From the human T2T-CHM13v2.0 reference genome, Homo sapiens: a stretch of 64,000 bases of DNA. Numbering within the stretch: the stretch's first letter is position 1; each line of letters starts with the position of its first letter. Both the position numbers and the translations under genes were made by a program. The stretch covers positions 23,264,001-23,328,000 of the forward strand of contig CP068257.2 in NCBI GenBank assembly GCA_009914755.4, written 5' to 3'. A model generated the notes under the pieces. The model was not told the DNA's origin. It saw only the letters and a list, made by a program, of their open reading frames with translations, and did no database searches. Shown here piece after piece: positions 45,129 through 60,042 of the stretch.

Positions 45129-48100
45129 ATTCTTGAATCCTGAAGTAGGTTTGACTGCAGATGTCCAGAAGTTGATTGAAGCTCTGCTCCAAAGGGGGGA
45201 GAAAAGGTTTTGTATGATTGAGACAGTTTCTGTAATAAGACTACCTGCTACAAAATACTTTTAGCACTGATATTATTAAAATGAATTAAATGGGAAGTCA
45301 TATTAAATAGTTTGATGAGGGTTGAAGTTCCAAATTTCTGAAAATGATGCTTTTACTCACTCATACTCACCTTCTTCAGAGACTTTGCTGCTGTTAGTGA
45401 CCTAGTAAGATATGCTCTCACCTCTGGTAGGTGGAGAAACGCCTGTGTAGGTGGCAGGATTAAAAGATTTATTATCACTTTTTCACCTTCTTCCTGTTAA
45501 TCTAGTTCTTCTTAGGCCCTTCTCCTGATGGTCTCACTTTTGGCTATGTTTCAACATCCAAGAACTGTTGATGTTTTATTGTCACTTTCTTTAGAAATGT
45601 GGAAATGTGTCCTGAAATGAGAACTTTATTACACTTGATATGGAAGTTACAATGTTGCTTACACCTTTAATGTGTAAAGCTCTGAATTCTTGTTCTTGTT
45701 TTGTTTTTTGCTAGATTATCTTTCACAGACTGGATTATAATCTGTGGCTTTTCTAACACAAATAAGGCCTGCTCATATATCAAGATATTTCCTAATTGTT
45801 TCTGTAAATACATCAGCAATCATTTAATTGACACCTAGTAATGGTCATTTCAAATGAATGTTAATTTATTATGTCATCTTTCTCAAAATGTTCAAATCAA
45901 TACTATAATCAATATTTTATTGACCAAATGTGCCATATTAGTGAACAAATCCAGAAGTCTAGATCTGATTATTATAGTTACTTTCTTAGAATACAATTCA
46001 GACTTTGATACAAAAGCTATAGCCCTTGAACAAATCACATTTCTTAGTTTTGTTAAAGACACTGGTTGTTACCATCGATTAAAAATATTATTTTATTAAG
46101 ATTTTCTCTGAAAGCAATGAATAAGATACACTAGCTATCATGAAGTTTACAATCTAGTGTGAAGTATTAGAAAAGGACTAGTGAGATCCAGGCAAGGACA
46201 GAGTAAGAGAGAAGATATAAACATCAGAAAAATAATAAACATGAAATTTTCAAAGCATGGTGAAATTGACATCAATGTCTTTGACGGAGAAAAGTAGACT
46301 TTTAAGTTTTTCTTCATTAGTTCTCTAATATTCCACTCATGTTTAGGGCACCAGTTATTGGATTCTTGCATCTTATGCAGTGAAACTGTCTTTTAAAATT
46401 AATACTGTAGCTCTATAGTTTACTAGCTATTCATTGTGTGTATAAGTAGTGCAGGAGAAATGAATGTAGAATGAAGCTAGGCTAGTTTTTCCTCTTACCC
46501 GTTTAATAAACAAATGTTGGGGAAAATATGGTCAAATATGAAAACTGTAGTGAATGAAAGATATTGAACCCAGGAACATGATATGCAAAAAATATGTAAG
46601 AATAGGGTTTCATAGAAAATATTTTACCCATTTCCATTCTCCTATCTGAAACATAGTAAGTATGTATTAGGAAATTTAGCCTTTCATTAAAAGCTTATGT
46701 TGGAATTTTGTTCAACTTAGCCAAGCATGTCTAATTAGCATTCCCGAAAGTTGATTGGTGCGGTGTAGTAGTTAGAGTTGCCTGCTGCAGAGTCTATCTC
46801 TAACTGTCTCAGACAGCTTCAATCCTGGCTATTCCATACATATGCTGACTAAGTGTTTGGGATTCAACTCTAGAAATTTATCAACTTTTTATTTTGTAGA
46901 TTTCAGGTAGAAATACAGGTCAATAGTTTAAGATGTTAGTTGGCACTTTTATATTTTAAGGCCAATGAATATATAGTTCTTTTAATGTCCTCCAATTTAC
47001 TTCCAATTTATTTTTACTTATACATTCCAGAGCCATATAAAAAATATCCTAACCTTTTACTCTTTTTTTTAAAGTATTATTTGTTTGATATTGCCCAGAT
47101 GGCAAAGAGTTTTAAGCAATTTTTCACATGTTTTTGCCTACATTTTCAAATGATGTGTCAAAATGACAGAAATTTTGATGGCACTTTATTGTACTGTGAT
47201 ATATTACACTTAATGTTTCTATTTTCACTTAAAATTAATGATGCACATTGAAGCCCACACATTCTCTTTTAGCTAATTCATAATTTCATTCAATTTGGGG
47301 TTTTTAATTAATAAGTCTTTTTTACTTAAGCTTATTTCTTCACTTTTTAAATGATTTTATTTACGATTTGAGAAATGATGACTTCGGACCTGATATATTT
47401 ATTTGGGTCAATGTCATTGGTATTTTCTATTAAAAAAGCATATTTTAATAGGCAATGTTTTCATATTTACTATTTGTGACTATAATTTAAATTTCAAATT
47501 CTTATCAAAATATTCTAGTTTGTGATAATCTCATCAATATGTAGCATGATTAATTTGCTACGTATATTCATTTCTGCATTTTATTATGGGTTTTTTGGTT
47601 ACATATTTCTTTAGTCACCTCCAAATATTTAATATTATGCTTACCTAAATTTTTAAATCAGCTTTGTTCAGCCATAATTTTAGAATAAAATGTACCAATT
47701 TTTGGTATAAAATTCAACATATGTATGGTCAGTAATACTAGCAAAATAGCTTCGTCACCCCCAAAATTGTACTACTTAGCTCTTTCCTGTCAATTAGCTT
47801 TCCCTACCTCCCTGAAACTGGCAAACTCTATTCTTTCTAAAATAATAGTTTTGCCTTGTAAAAAATATTTTTACATAAACAAAACCATATAGTTTGCAGC
47901 CATTTGTGTTTCACTTCTTTCACTTCCTATAATGCTTTTGAAATTTAACCATGTTGATATTTATATTTGTTCATCTCTTTTTATCACTGGTAACATTCCA
48001 TTGAATGGTAGCTTAGCCCGTTTGGGCTGCTATAAAAAAAATACTCTAAACTGGCTTGCTTATAAACAAGAGAAGTTTATTTCTCACTGTTCTAGGGCTG

Positions 48101-48370
48101 GAAATCCAAGATCAAGGTGTCTGCAGATTGGTGTCTACTAAGGGCTCACTTCCTAAACAGCTGCTTTTTCACTATAACCTCACATGGTTGAAGATGTAAG
48201 GATCTCCCTAGACCCTGTTTTACAAGGGCACTAATCCCATTCACAAGAGCTCTGCCTAAACACCTAGTAACCTCCCGATGGATCAGTTTCCTAATACCAT
48301 CACCTTGGGAGTGAGGATTTCAACATATGAATCTTAGGGACACATGAACATTAAGATAATAGCAGGTTAG

Positions 48371-48706
<336 letters not shown>

Positions 48707-50545
48707 TTAGTTCACTACAATTTGTCTAGCCATTCATCAGCTGAAGAACACTGTTTTCTTTCCTATTTGATCATATTAAAATATACCCCAACAGACAGGC
48801 AAGATGAACTCTTCATGGCTAACATGAGGCACAACCAAACAGAATCAAAGGGTCATGGCAGGGTGAGGAGCTGGTCACATATCCCTGTGTTACTCAGTAC
48901 TGTCACGAAATTTTCTTTCCTGTAATTAAGCAGAAACCAGTTCCTAAAGAGCCTTGTCAAAACAACTACAGCTAGAGTGTCCCCTCTGACCTTCACAAGC
49001 TCAGCTGACACCTGGAACCTCCTAATTGAAAGACTTGTAGTTTCTATTGAAAGACTATCCAACCCAGGCTTTGCCCCTTATCCTACTGTTTCCCCTCTGG
49101 TTCTGCAGTCCCATCACAAATTCTGATTAGACAGGGTATTGGTCCTTCAAACATTCTTTCCTGATACACAACCACAAACCTCAAGCCAGTTTCGGCCGCC
49201 TTACACAGGATGTACACAAAATGCTTTGAACTCTGTAGTTCACCTTTTAATGTAGTCAGCTAAACTCCCCCTCATTTTAATACTAAAACTCAACCACAAA
49301 GTGAACATAGAGTGTATGTTACATATCTGTTTACCCATTGTGCATGTGCCTGACTTCCCTCATAAATATACATAGATTTTCCCCAAACCCGCTGAAAACG
49401 TATGACCCAATTATGCAAAACAGACCATGTAAGGCATAAACATCAGCCTCACCCTACCCTCTTTAGAGAACACATTTCACTTACACTGAAGGCTTTGCTT
49501 CCCCAGTTTGCAGATTTTTTTTTAATATAGAAATTAAAGCTACTCCTTTTCCCTCTGCAAATCTCATGACTTTTGTTAACATTTCTTTGGGGACAACGAT
49601 GGGATCAGAAGTGGCCCCCAAGCTCCTTCCCAGCCACATCTGGAACAACACCTGATGCCTACAAGAGTCCCTTGAACTCAGTTATCTTCTGGCTGCTTTC
49701 TAGGATTTAAGATCTCCCATTTTTAGGTTGAAGCCTTGAAAACTTTTCTTCAGGAAGCCAGTTCATTAGGCTCTATCAGCCCTGTGGGGTCCACTCACAT
49801 TTTGTAGGGTACACTTGCAATTTGTGGGTACACTCGTGCTTCCTGGGGTGTGCTCACATTTCAGGTTTTGCTGTAATGCTCACACTAAGGGTATCAGAAG
49901 GGACACCTTTGTCAGGTCCCTGCAATGAGTAATCCATGTCCCGAGGGGATGGTCTCTGACCAGCTGCCTTCAGGTACCCAGGTAAGCTTTACATTTAAAA
50001 ACTATAGGGAAAATTCCTGCACCTTAAGGCTTTGGATAAACTCAACCTGAGAAAGTTTAAAGCCATGCCAAGACATTTTCTGGGACTCTGATTGGTAACA
50101 TGTTTAAACATTATAGGGATCATTCAAACCACCTGTTGTTTTAAAACTAGAATAAAAGATTGCTGCTATAAAATTTTACATTTTAAACAAGATATGCTTA
50201 TCGCATTGATATCTTGAGGCTAGGAAACAAAGAACCATTCAGGACTCAAAGACTGCCTTGCTACAAAATACTGTCTCAAAGCTAACTAAAACTTTTTTTC
50301 CTTTCCAGAGCTCCCCCTCCTTCTTTTGACAATTCTGTCTCTTTATCTTTCTGTGAGCTAAACTCTCTTTATCCAAAACTCCTCACTATTCTGACATACT
50401 ATTTAGAAAAAACACTTAAAAACCCACAAAGATATAATTCCCATGTAAAGACCCCCTTCTTATGCTCAACAGAATGGCAACATTCTTACCTTAAGGGCAA
50501 AGAATTGAGTCCAAAATCTGCTGCATAGACTTTGTTAAAATAAAT

Positions 50546-50552
<7 letters not shown>

Positions 50553-50576
<24 letters not shown>
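50553..50576. repeat. (TA)12 microsatellite
   Basis: tatatatatatatatatatatata. Confidence 0.9.
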
Positions 50577-51930
50577 TTGTTCTCTTTACATAATTCAGTT
50601 AGATTTTCACAGTTAACTATTATTTGTCCAATTCAGTATATTGATAACTGCCTCAAATTGTTTTACCCAAAAGTAACCTGTTAGTAGTAGCTCAGTAGTA
50701 GCCTATAAAAGCCCTGCTAATATTTGTTGGTTTTTCCTTTCTGTGTTTCATCTGAATAATTTACATTTCTATGTATTTATATTTATTGATATTTTATTCT
50801 ACAGTTTCTAATCTTCTGTTAATATCTTCCAATGTATTTTTTATTTCAGATAGTGTATTTTATCTCTAAAAATTCAATTTAATTCTTTTCACATCTTACT
50901 ACTCATTATTTTTATACATTTTAAAAATATGAATTATACATCTAATAGATGTTTTAGTGTTCTTTTCTGCTAATTCTATAATACCTTACATTTGAAAGCC
51001 TATTTCTGTTTATTGATTTTTCTCTGTTATGGATTATATTTTTCTACTTCCTTTCATGCCTGTCAATTTTTGTTTGGGTGTTGGGCATGGTAGAATTTAT
51101 GTTTTTGTTTTCTGAATGTTTTTTGTAGTCCTTTAAATATTGTCGGGCTTTGCATTAGATCACAGTTAAGATACCTGGGACCAGTTGGATCCTTTTCAAC
51201 AACTGCTTCTAAGTTAGAATTGTTAATTTGTTAGGATGATCAAAAAAATCACTCAGTATAGAACTCTTCTGAGGAGTTACAAGCATTATTTCTCTTCAAT
51301 ACTTGTTTTCTTCACCTAAGACAATGCTGTCTCATGCAGGCAAATTTCAGTATTGGGATAAAAAGAAGAGGTTTTCCTCATTGCAAATATCCAGGGCTGT
51401 CAATCTCTCTACTCTCCAAATTTTTTCTTATAAATTTTAACTACCTTGGTCTTCTGAACTCCAAATGTCTCCTCAACTCAGCAGGACCACTAATCTCTGT
51501 TTAGTTCTCTGTGTTTTGTATTTAAGCGTAGGAACTCTATTAAAGCAGTAAGCTGAGGCAATGATGGGGCTTAACTCATTTGTTTTCTCTTATTCAGGAA
51601 TCACTTTCCTGTACTGCATATTTCCGTTGTTCAATATAAAAACAAAAATGAAAGCATAACAACAAAAACCGTTGTTTCATATATTTTGTTTGGTTTTCTA
51701 TTATTTTAAGATTGGAAAATAAATCTGGTTTTCTTCACTGTAAGCAAAAGTCAGATTTTTTTAAAACTTATTAAAAATATTTATTTCTCTAATTCCAAAT
51801 TTGTTATAGAGTTGTTTCATTTCTATTCATACCGAGAGTCTGAATATCCTAAAGGTTAAGACACCAAATCGCCTGGGTGTAAATCTCTGCTTTGACAATT
51901 ACCTCTTAGGTGACCTTGAAAAGCCTCCTT

Positions 51931-52294
<364 letters not shown>

Positions 52295-52392
52295 TCATAG
52301 AGTTGTTGAAGGGATTAAGTTAGTTAATATAGAAAAAGCACTAAAAGCCATTTCTATCATATATTAAGATATTATTATCTCTAGTTCTGCTA

Positions 52393-52767
<375 letters not shown>

Positions 52768-53688
52768 TTATATTTTACTTTGTCATTTTTACGTTCATTT
52801 TAATACATTCCTTTGTTATTTTAAATATGAAGAGGCTCACTAATCTTATGCCTCTATTTTCATAACATTTGAATTCATTACATACATAACATCTAAGGAA
52901 ACCAACTTATACATTTGACCTCAATGAATCCTCATAATAGTTCTATGAGATTAAAACCAGTGATAGCTACACTATGCTGATTTGGGGAATAAAGTTAGAG
53001 AAGTTCAGTGATGTCCCCAAGGTCAAACAGCTGTCTCCTGAACACTGGAATACAAACCCAATTCCCTGTGATTCTAGAACCTTATCTGTTAGTGACTATG
53101 TGACTACCTCTATTAAATATCATTATAAGTAGGATAAACACAATTTCAGTTTTCCTTCGCAGAGTTCTGCTTCATGCCTGCCTTGCAGACTGATTTTTAT
53201 TTAATAGTGCCCATGGTCACTCACAAAAAGCCAAATTTGAATGATAAATTATATATTCACTGTTATATACATAACAGGTATTACTGACTGATGAGATTTA
53301 TAATGAGCAGCTAAAACCTAGAGAGTGATTTATACAGTTAAAGGAGGTGACGTCTCTAATGTCATTTTCCTATGCTTCAGTGATTTTATCACTTTGACTT
53401 TTAGAGAAAAATGACATGACACTTCACAGAGATTTGTTAAAATTTAGCAGTTAGTTATTCAGCCTCTCCCATTCTGCTGGTAGTTACAAAATAAGGTAGA
53501 TATTGAAGGACAGAGGTTAAATGCAGGAAGTGTATCTTGTCAGATGCCCAACACTCCATTCTTGCCTCCTCAGCCCTACTCAGATAAAAATAGAATAATT
53601 AAACTTTTAGGAAGAATCTGTAATCTAGTGGCTCTTTAGGGGATGGAAATGTGGGACAAGAAGGAGAATAAGAGAGAGAAATGAGTAA

Positions 53689-54020
<332 letters not shown>

Positions 54021-55648
54021 TCAGCAAAGTTTTTAATCATGTCAGAACTGTACTTATTTTTAAAGCTGCAAAAACATAAATAATCTATTCATTCCTCTTA
54101 GTCACTACTGAACAGGTAAAATAAAATATTTAGTATTATCCCACGCAAATGTGAAAAAGAGGGTGAACGCAAAGCATTGGCTGTTCCCAGGAGAGAGGCA
54201 ACTATGTCATTAAAGTTTGCATAATTGTTTTATCCATGAAGCAAAGAAAGGCAGTTGGGCTCTTTAATAACAAAAAAGGAAATACTGGATGATATACTAG
54301 TGACTGTGAAATAGTTCAGGGACTGTCATGCAGGAAATGAAATGAAATTGCCTACTTTGAAGTCTCTTGCCTTTGCTGTTCTTTCTGCTTGAAAATCTTT
54401 CTCCAAATACGCTTATGGCTTACCTTATCATAGCCACTGGAAGTCATTTTTTCACTGAGGGCTTCCAAAGTTGCCCTACATAACTTGCTAATTCTCTCTC
54501 ACACACACGCACAGTCACACTTCCTAGCTCCCTCTCTGCTTGTATTGCGTCATTTAGCACTTACTTCTACCTAATAGAGTATGTATTTTTCTTATTTTTC
54601 TTTTTTATTACCTCAAACCTACCTAAATGTGGGGCTCATAAAAGCAGGAATTTATATCTAATTTGCTCACTGCTAATCACCAATGCTCAAATCAGTACCT
54701 GGTAATGGTTAACAAATACTTCTTACATTAATAAATGATGAACAAGATATTTGTTTGGTTTTAACCCAAAGGGTTGAACAAAAATCCAGAAATAAATTGG
54801 AAGGTGGCAGATTAGGCTCATTGTAAAATATTAGGACTACATTCTGTCTCTTTATGAGTAAGTGGCTCCTCAGAACATGATTCTAACATACTTGAAGTTA
54901 CTATATGATCAACTGACAGAAGTAATTTCAAAAATTCTTGCAGATTGGATGAGAGGTTGATATTCTTTTCCTTAGTACAGAGAAACTTTGGTTATTCAGC
55001 AAAGGGAGAAAAAGATGTTCAAAGCACTACACACAAGCTACAATACTAAAATGAAGACTAGCTTTCCTGTTTAATCATAGTTCTCGTTAGTTTATTTCTA
55101 TTACTCAATCTAACTTGAAAACTTGCTTCTGTGAAACCTGAAAAATAAAAATTGAACCAAGAGAGAAGGTGAAGGAGATATGAGTTCTGGGAGCAGTGGT
55201 GGAGAACAAGAAAAACAAAGGAGAAACAGCAACTCATAGAGCCTTTTTTGCATTACTTATTGAGACAGATACAGTTTACAATGCTGACATTTGTCTTGAG
55301 AAAGAGAAAGAGAAGAAAAAATTTACTTATGACATGTTTTATTTTTCTAAAACTTTGAAAGGTTCAAAATTATCTTTATGCAGGTTTCACATATTAATTT
55401 AAAATCTTACTGACTTTGTGAAACGGTACAAAAATCAACAACAACAGCAACAAAAATAACTTGAACTCAATAAATGCCACTTGAATCAGCAAAGACCCAC
55501 GTGTGTGGTTCTGTCAAATCCCCTTGCTGCAATAGCTCTGCCAATTTACTTGACAAATGTGTAGCCCTGGACTTTCACCCCTTGTTTAACAGAACAATTT
55601 GAAGATGATACTTTAGAAGTCTTTCAGATCATTAGATGGTTATTTTTG

Positions 55649-55853
55649 CAGAAGCAAAGGAGAGAGAAGGAGGTGCTACACACATTTCAAAAACCAGGTC
55701 TTGTGATAACTCACTCACTCACTCACTATCATGAGAACAGCACCAAGGAGGAGGTGTTAAACCATTCATCACGGACCACCCGCATGATCCACTCACCTCC
55801 CACCAGGCCCCACCTCCAATATTGGGGATTACAATTCAACATGAGATTTGGGC
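55649..55853 (-). repeat. Inverted, near-identical (about 98.5%) partial copy of the downstream MSTA LTR 5' region
   Basis: gcagaagcaaaggagagagaaggaggtgctacacacatttcaaaaaccaggtcttgtgataactcactcactcactcactatcatgagaacagcaccaaggaggaggtgttaaaccattcatcacggaccacccgcatgatccactcacctcccaccaggccccacctccaatattggggattacaattcaacatgagatttgggc is the reverse complement of 56454-56656, with 3 substitutions and one ACTC-unit indel. Confidence 0.85.
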
Positions 55854-56428
55854 TATCAGCTTGGGAAAAAATACTATCAGCTTGGAAAAAAAACTATTTT
55901 GTACTTTGCTTTTTTAAAGCACAAAAATAAATAGGAGTTATACATTTAACATTTTCAACATTCAGGAAAATAAAATATTAATTTCTCTTTTTCATAAACC
56001 AAATGCATTTTAGGCTCAGTTCTTCTCTATCTCTTATTTCATGGCTACTACTGTGTTTTTCCAACTAGGCCAAGAGTAAAACATTGCTGAATTTTTATAA
56101 TAATACAAACCTCATTCCCTATATATTTTCACAGGAAAAAAAATCTTTTTGGCGATAAAAAAATTTCATCATTACCCTGATGTCATGAAATTATATTCTG
56201 CTGAATTGACCAGAGAAAGACATTGTGCATAAGGCATGGTAGATCCATTAAAATTCAAATAAACACATTCAATTTTAAGGTGAAATTTGTTCATTTGCAT
56301 TTTTTTATAATTAGTAGTCATGGAGGATAATACTTTGATGACATACTAATAAAAATACATCCACAATAATGTATTATTACTAGACTTCTCTTTATTTCTA
56401 ACAACATAACAAACACTGTGATAATGAC

Positions 56429-57412
56429 TGATATGGTTTGGATCTGCGTCCCTGCCCAAATCTCATGTTGAATTGTAATCCCCAATATTGGAGGTGGGGC
56501 CTGGTGGGAGGTGAGTGGATCATGCGGGTGGTCCGTGATGAATGGTGTAGCACCTCCTCCTTGGTGCTGTTCTCATGATAGTGAGTGAGTGAGTTATCAC
56601 AAGACCTGGTTTTTGAAATGTGTGTAGCACCTCCTTCTCTCTCCTTTGCTCCTGCTCTGGCAGTGTAAGATGTGCCTGCCTTCCTGTCTCCTAATCATGA
56701 TTGTAAGTTTCCTGAGGCCCTCCTCAGAAGCAGAAGCTGCTATGCCTCCTGGACAGCCTGCAGAACCATGAGCCAATTAAACCTCTTTTCTTTATAAACT
56801 ACCCAATCTGAGGTAATTCTTTTTTTTAAATTTTATTTTATTTTAAGTTCTGGGGTGCACGTGCAGGATGTGCAGGTTTGTTACATAGGTAAACATGTGC
56901 ACGTGGCTTGCTGCACCTATCTACCCATCACCTTGGTATTAAGCCAGGCGTGCATTAGCTGTTTTTCCTGATGATCTCTCACTCCTCCCCGTCTCCCACT
57001 AGTCCCCAGTGTGTGTTGTTCTCCTTCCTGTGTTCATGTGTTCTCATTTTTTGACTCCCACTTATAAGTGAGAACATGCAGTGTTTGGTTTTCTGCATTG
57101 CTGTGCTGAGGATGATAGCATCTGGCTCCATCCATGTCCCTGCAAAGGACATGAGCTCATTCATTTTTATGGCTGCATAGTATTCCATAGTGTGTATGTA
57201 CCACATTTTCTTTATCTAGTTTATCATTGATGGGCATTTGGATTGATTCCATGTCTTTGCTATTGTGAATAGTGCTGCAACCAACATATGTATGCATGTA
57301 TCTTTATAGTAGAATGATTTATATTCCTTTGGGTATACACCCAGTAATGGGATTATCAAGTCAAATGGTATTTCATAGCACTGCAAGAACAGACTAACAC
57401 AATGCCTTTTTG
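56429..57412 (+). mobile_element. Solo MSTA LTR (ERVL-MaLR), interrupted near its 3' end by an L1 fragment
   Basis: tgatatggtttggatctgcgtccctgcccaaatctcatgttgaattgtaatccccaatattggaggtggggcctggtgggaggtgagtggatcatg...ccatgagccaattaaacctcttttctttataaactacccaatctgaggtaattc (56429-56816), then resuming ...atagcactgcaagaacagactaacacaatg (57380-57412) after the L1. Confidence 0.8.
56817..57379 (-). mobile_element. L1PA-like 3' end fragment (about 560 bp) inserted into the MSTA LTR
   Basis: Poly-T, then reverse-complement L1 3'UTR and ORF2 end: aagttctggggtgcacgtgcaggatgtgcaggtttgttacataggtaaacatgtgcacgtggcttgctgcacc...ttttatggctgcatagtattccatagtgtgtatgtaccacattttctttatctagtttatcattgatgggcatttggattgattccatgtctttgctattgtgaatagtgctgc...cccagtaatgggattatcaagtcaaatggtatttc. 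Confidence 0.9.
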
Positions 57413-59940
57413 CACACATTATTTCTAATTATCAAAACAACTCAGACAGATCATAATCTTTGATTTACAAATGAGGAAACTTAAACTCTAAAGATTAATT
57501 GGAAGCTCATATAGCAAAAAGGGAGGTATGATCAGAATTTGAAACTAAGTCTTATTGATTCAGTAGTTATAATATTTATTAGTAGTTATTTGGTAATATC
57601 AATGAAATGGATAAACTGGTTAGCTAGCCTAACCAAAAATTAAACAAACAAATAAAGAAGACACAAATTACTAATACCAGGAATGGAAGAAGGGTCATCA
57701 CTACTGTCTCATAGATGCAAAAAGAATAATAAAGGCATATTATGAACAATTCTATGACCACACATATAACTTTGATGATATGTACCAATTAACTGAAAAG
57801 CACAATTTGTCAAAACTGACACAAGAATATGTAATTAGAATAGCTCTATATCTATTTTTAAAATTGAATCAATAATTAATAACCTTCCAAAAAATAAAGC
57901 GCTAAAACTGATGGTTTCAATGTTGGATCTTACCAAACATTTAAGAAAGAAGTGATAGTAAACCACAATCCCCAAAAAATAAAATTGGAAAGGACACTTC
58001 CTAATATATTCTATGAGGCAGCATTATCTTAATCTCAAAATCAGATAAAGACATTACAGAAAAGGAAAACAAGGGACCAATATCTCTGATGAACATAAAT
58101 GAAAATTTTCTCAACAAAGTATGAGCAAAGAAAATCTAACGATATATAAAAACGTATACACCAGGGCCAAGTGGGATTTGTTGTAGATTTGCAGGGCTGG
58201 TTCAACATTCAGCAGTCAGTTAATATAATGCACCATATTAACAGATGAAAGAAGAAATATCACATAAGCATATCAATAGGTGCAGAAAATGCATTTGACA
58301 AAATGCAATAGCCACTTGTGATAAGATATCTCAGAAAACTAAGACTAGAACTCACTGAAGTTGGAAAAATAAAATCTATAAAAACCTATAGCTAACAGCA
58401 TACTTAATGGTAGAAACTGGACAATTTCTTTCTGTGGTTGGGAATAAGGCAAGGATGTTTTCTCTCATCACTCCTATTCAATTCTATGATGGAAGTCCTA
58501 GAAAATGCAATTAAAAGAGGAAGGGTAATACAACATATAGAGATTGGGAAAGAATAAATAAAACTGTGTTTGTTTGTAGATGACATGGGTTGTCTGTGTA
58601 AAAAATCCCAAAGAACTAACAAAATTACTCCTGGGACTAAAAAGCAATTACTGCAAGATTGTATAATACAACCTTATAAATACACAATAGTCAAATTATA
58701 TTTATGTATAGCCTGTAATAAACAAATATAATTTGAAATTAGAAGCATTTTGGTTCAATTATACAAATATATACAAGATCTGTATGAGTAAAACTACAAA
58801 GCTCAGATAAAACAACAAAGATATCTAAATAAAAAAATAGATGTTCCATGTTTATGAATAGAAAGGCCTAATATAGTTAAGAAGCTAATTGTTTACAACT
58901 TGATCTAGATACAAACAATCGCAACCCAAAATTCTAGAAAGTCATTTTGTGGACATCAGCAAATGACTCTAAAGTTTATATGAAAAGAAAAAAGATGCAG
59001 AATAGCCAACACAATACTGAAAAAAAGGAAAAAACTTATAATACTAAACTCCTGGAGTTTATAAATTACATAAAGGTACATTAGTCGAGACAGTGTGATA
59101 CAGGCAAAAGGCTAGAAGAATGGAAGAACAGGTCAATGGAAAACAATACAGAGCTCAGAAACAGACCCAAACAAATACCATTAACTAATCTTTGAGAAAG
59201 GAACAAAGGCAATTCCATTGAGAAAGGATAATCTTTTCAACAAATGGTGCTGCAACAACTGGACATGACCAGAGCAAAGAGATTATTACAGACCTAATTA
59301 AGGACTTTGGACCTCCAGACAAACGCAATCTTTGCTGAGAATGGAACTGCCTGTAAGTAAGTTCTAAAGATGTGTTCTGCAGCCTAGTGTCTACAGTTAA
59401 CAATACAGTGCTGGGCACGTCAAAATTTGTTAAGAAGGCTCATCTCATGTTAAGTGTTCTCGCCACAAAAACAAAAACATAGGGGCACAAGAAAGCTTTG
59501 GGAGGTGACGGTTACATCTGTAACCTCAAATGTACTGATGCTATCACAGGTGTTTGCATATACTGAAACTCACCAAATTGTCCACATTAAATATGTGTAG
59601 TTATTTGTATATCAATTACACCTCATTAAAGCTGTTAACAAAAGAATCAATGTGATGATTTGCATAGGAGAACATACATAATTCAGGTTATAAGGCAAGA
59701 AAGGCCAGTGGGAATGTGAATTCCTATGATCACCTCACACAAATTAAATATGGGGTTCTAGACTCTGAGATAAATTCCAGAGCGCTCTCACTAATAACTA
59801 ATTGATCGCCTAATGATCTCTTCAGTGAAATGAGGATTTCTTGAAGAAATACATGAGTTTGTAATGACTCCCTGCCTGCTGAAAGCCTTCCAATCCCCAA
59901 ACTGAGTGGACCCAGTGAAGACAAAACAGTGATATATTTC

Positions 59941-60042
59941 TTTTTTTTTTAATTATTATTATACTTTAAGTTTTAGGGTACATGCGCACAATGTGCAGGT
60001 TTGTTACATATGTATACATGTGCCATGTTGGTGTGCGGCACC
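59941..60042 (-). mobile_element. Short, young-looking L1 3'UTR end fragment (about 100 bp) with T11 tail
   Basis: tttttttttttaattattattatactttaagttttagggtacatgcgcacaatgtgcaggtttgttacatatgtatacatgtgccatgttggtgtgcggcacccattaac is the reverse complement of the extreme L1PA 3' end. Confidence 0.85.
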
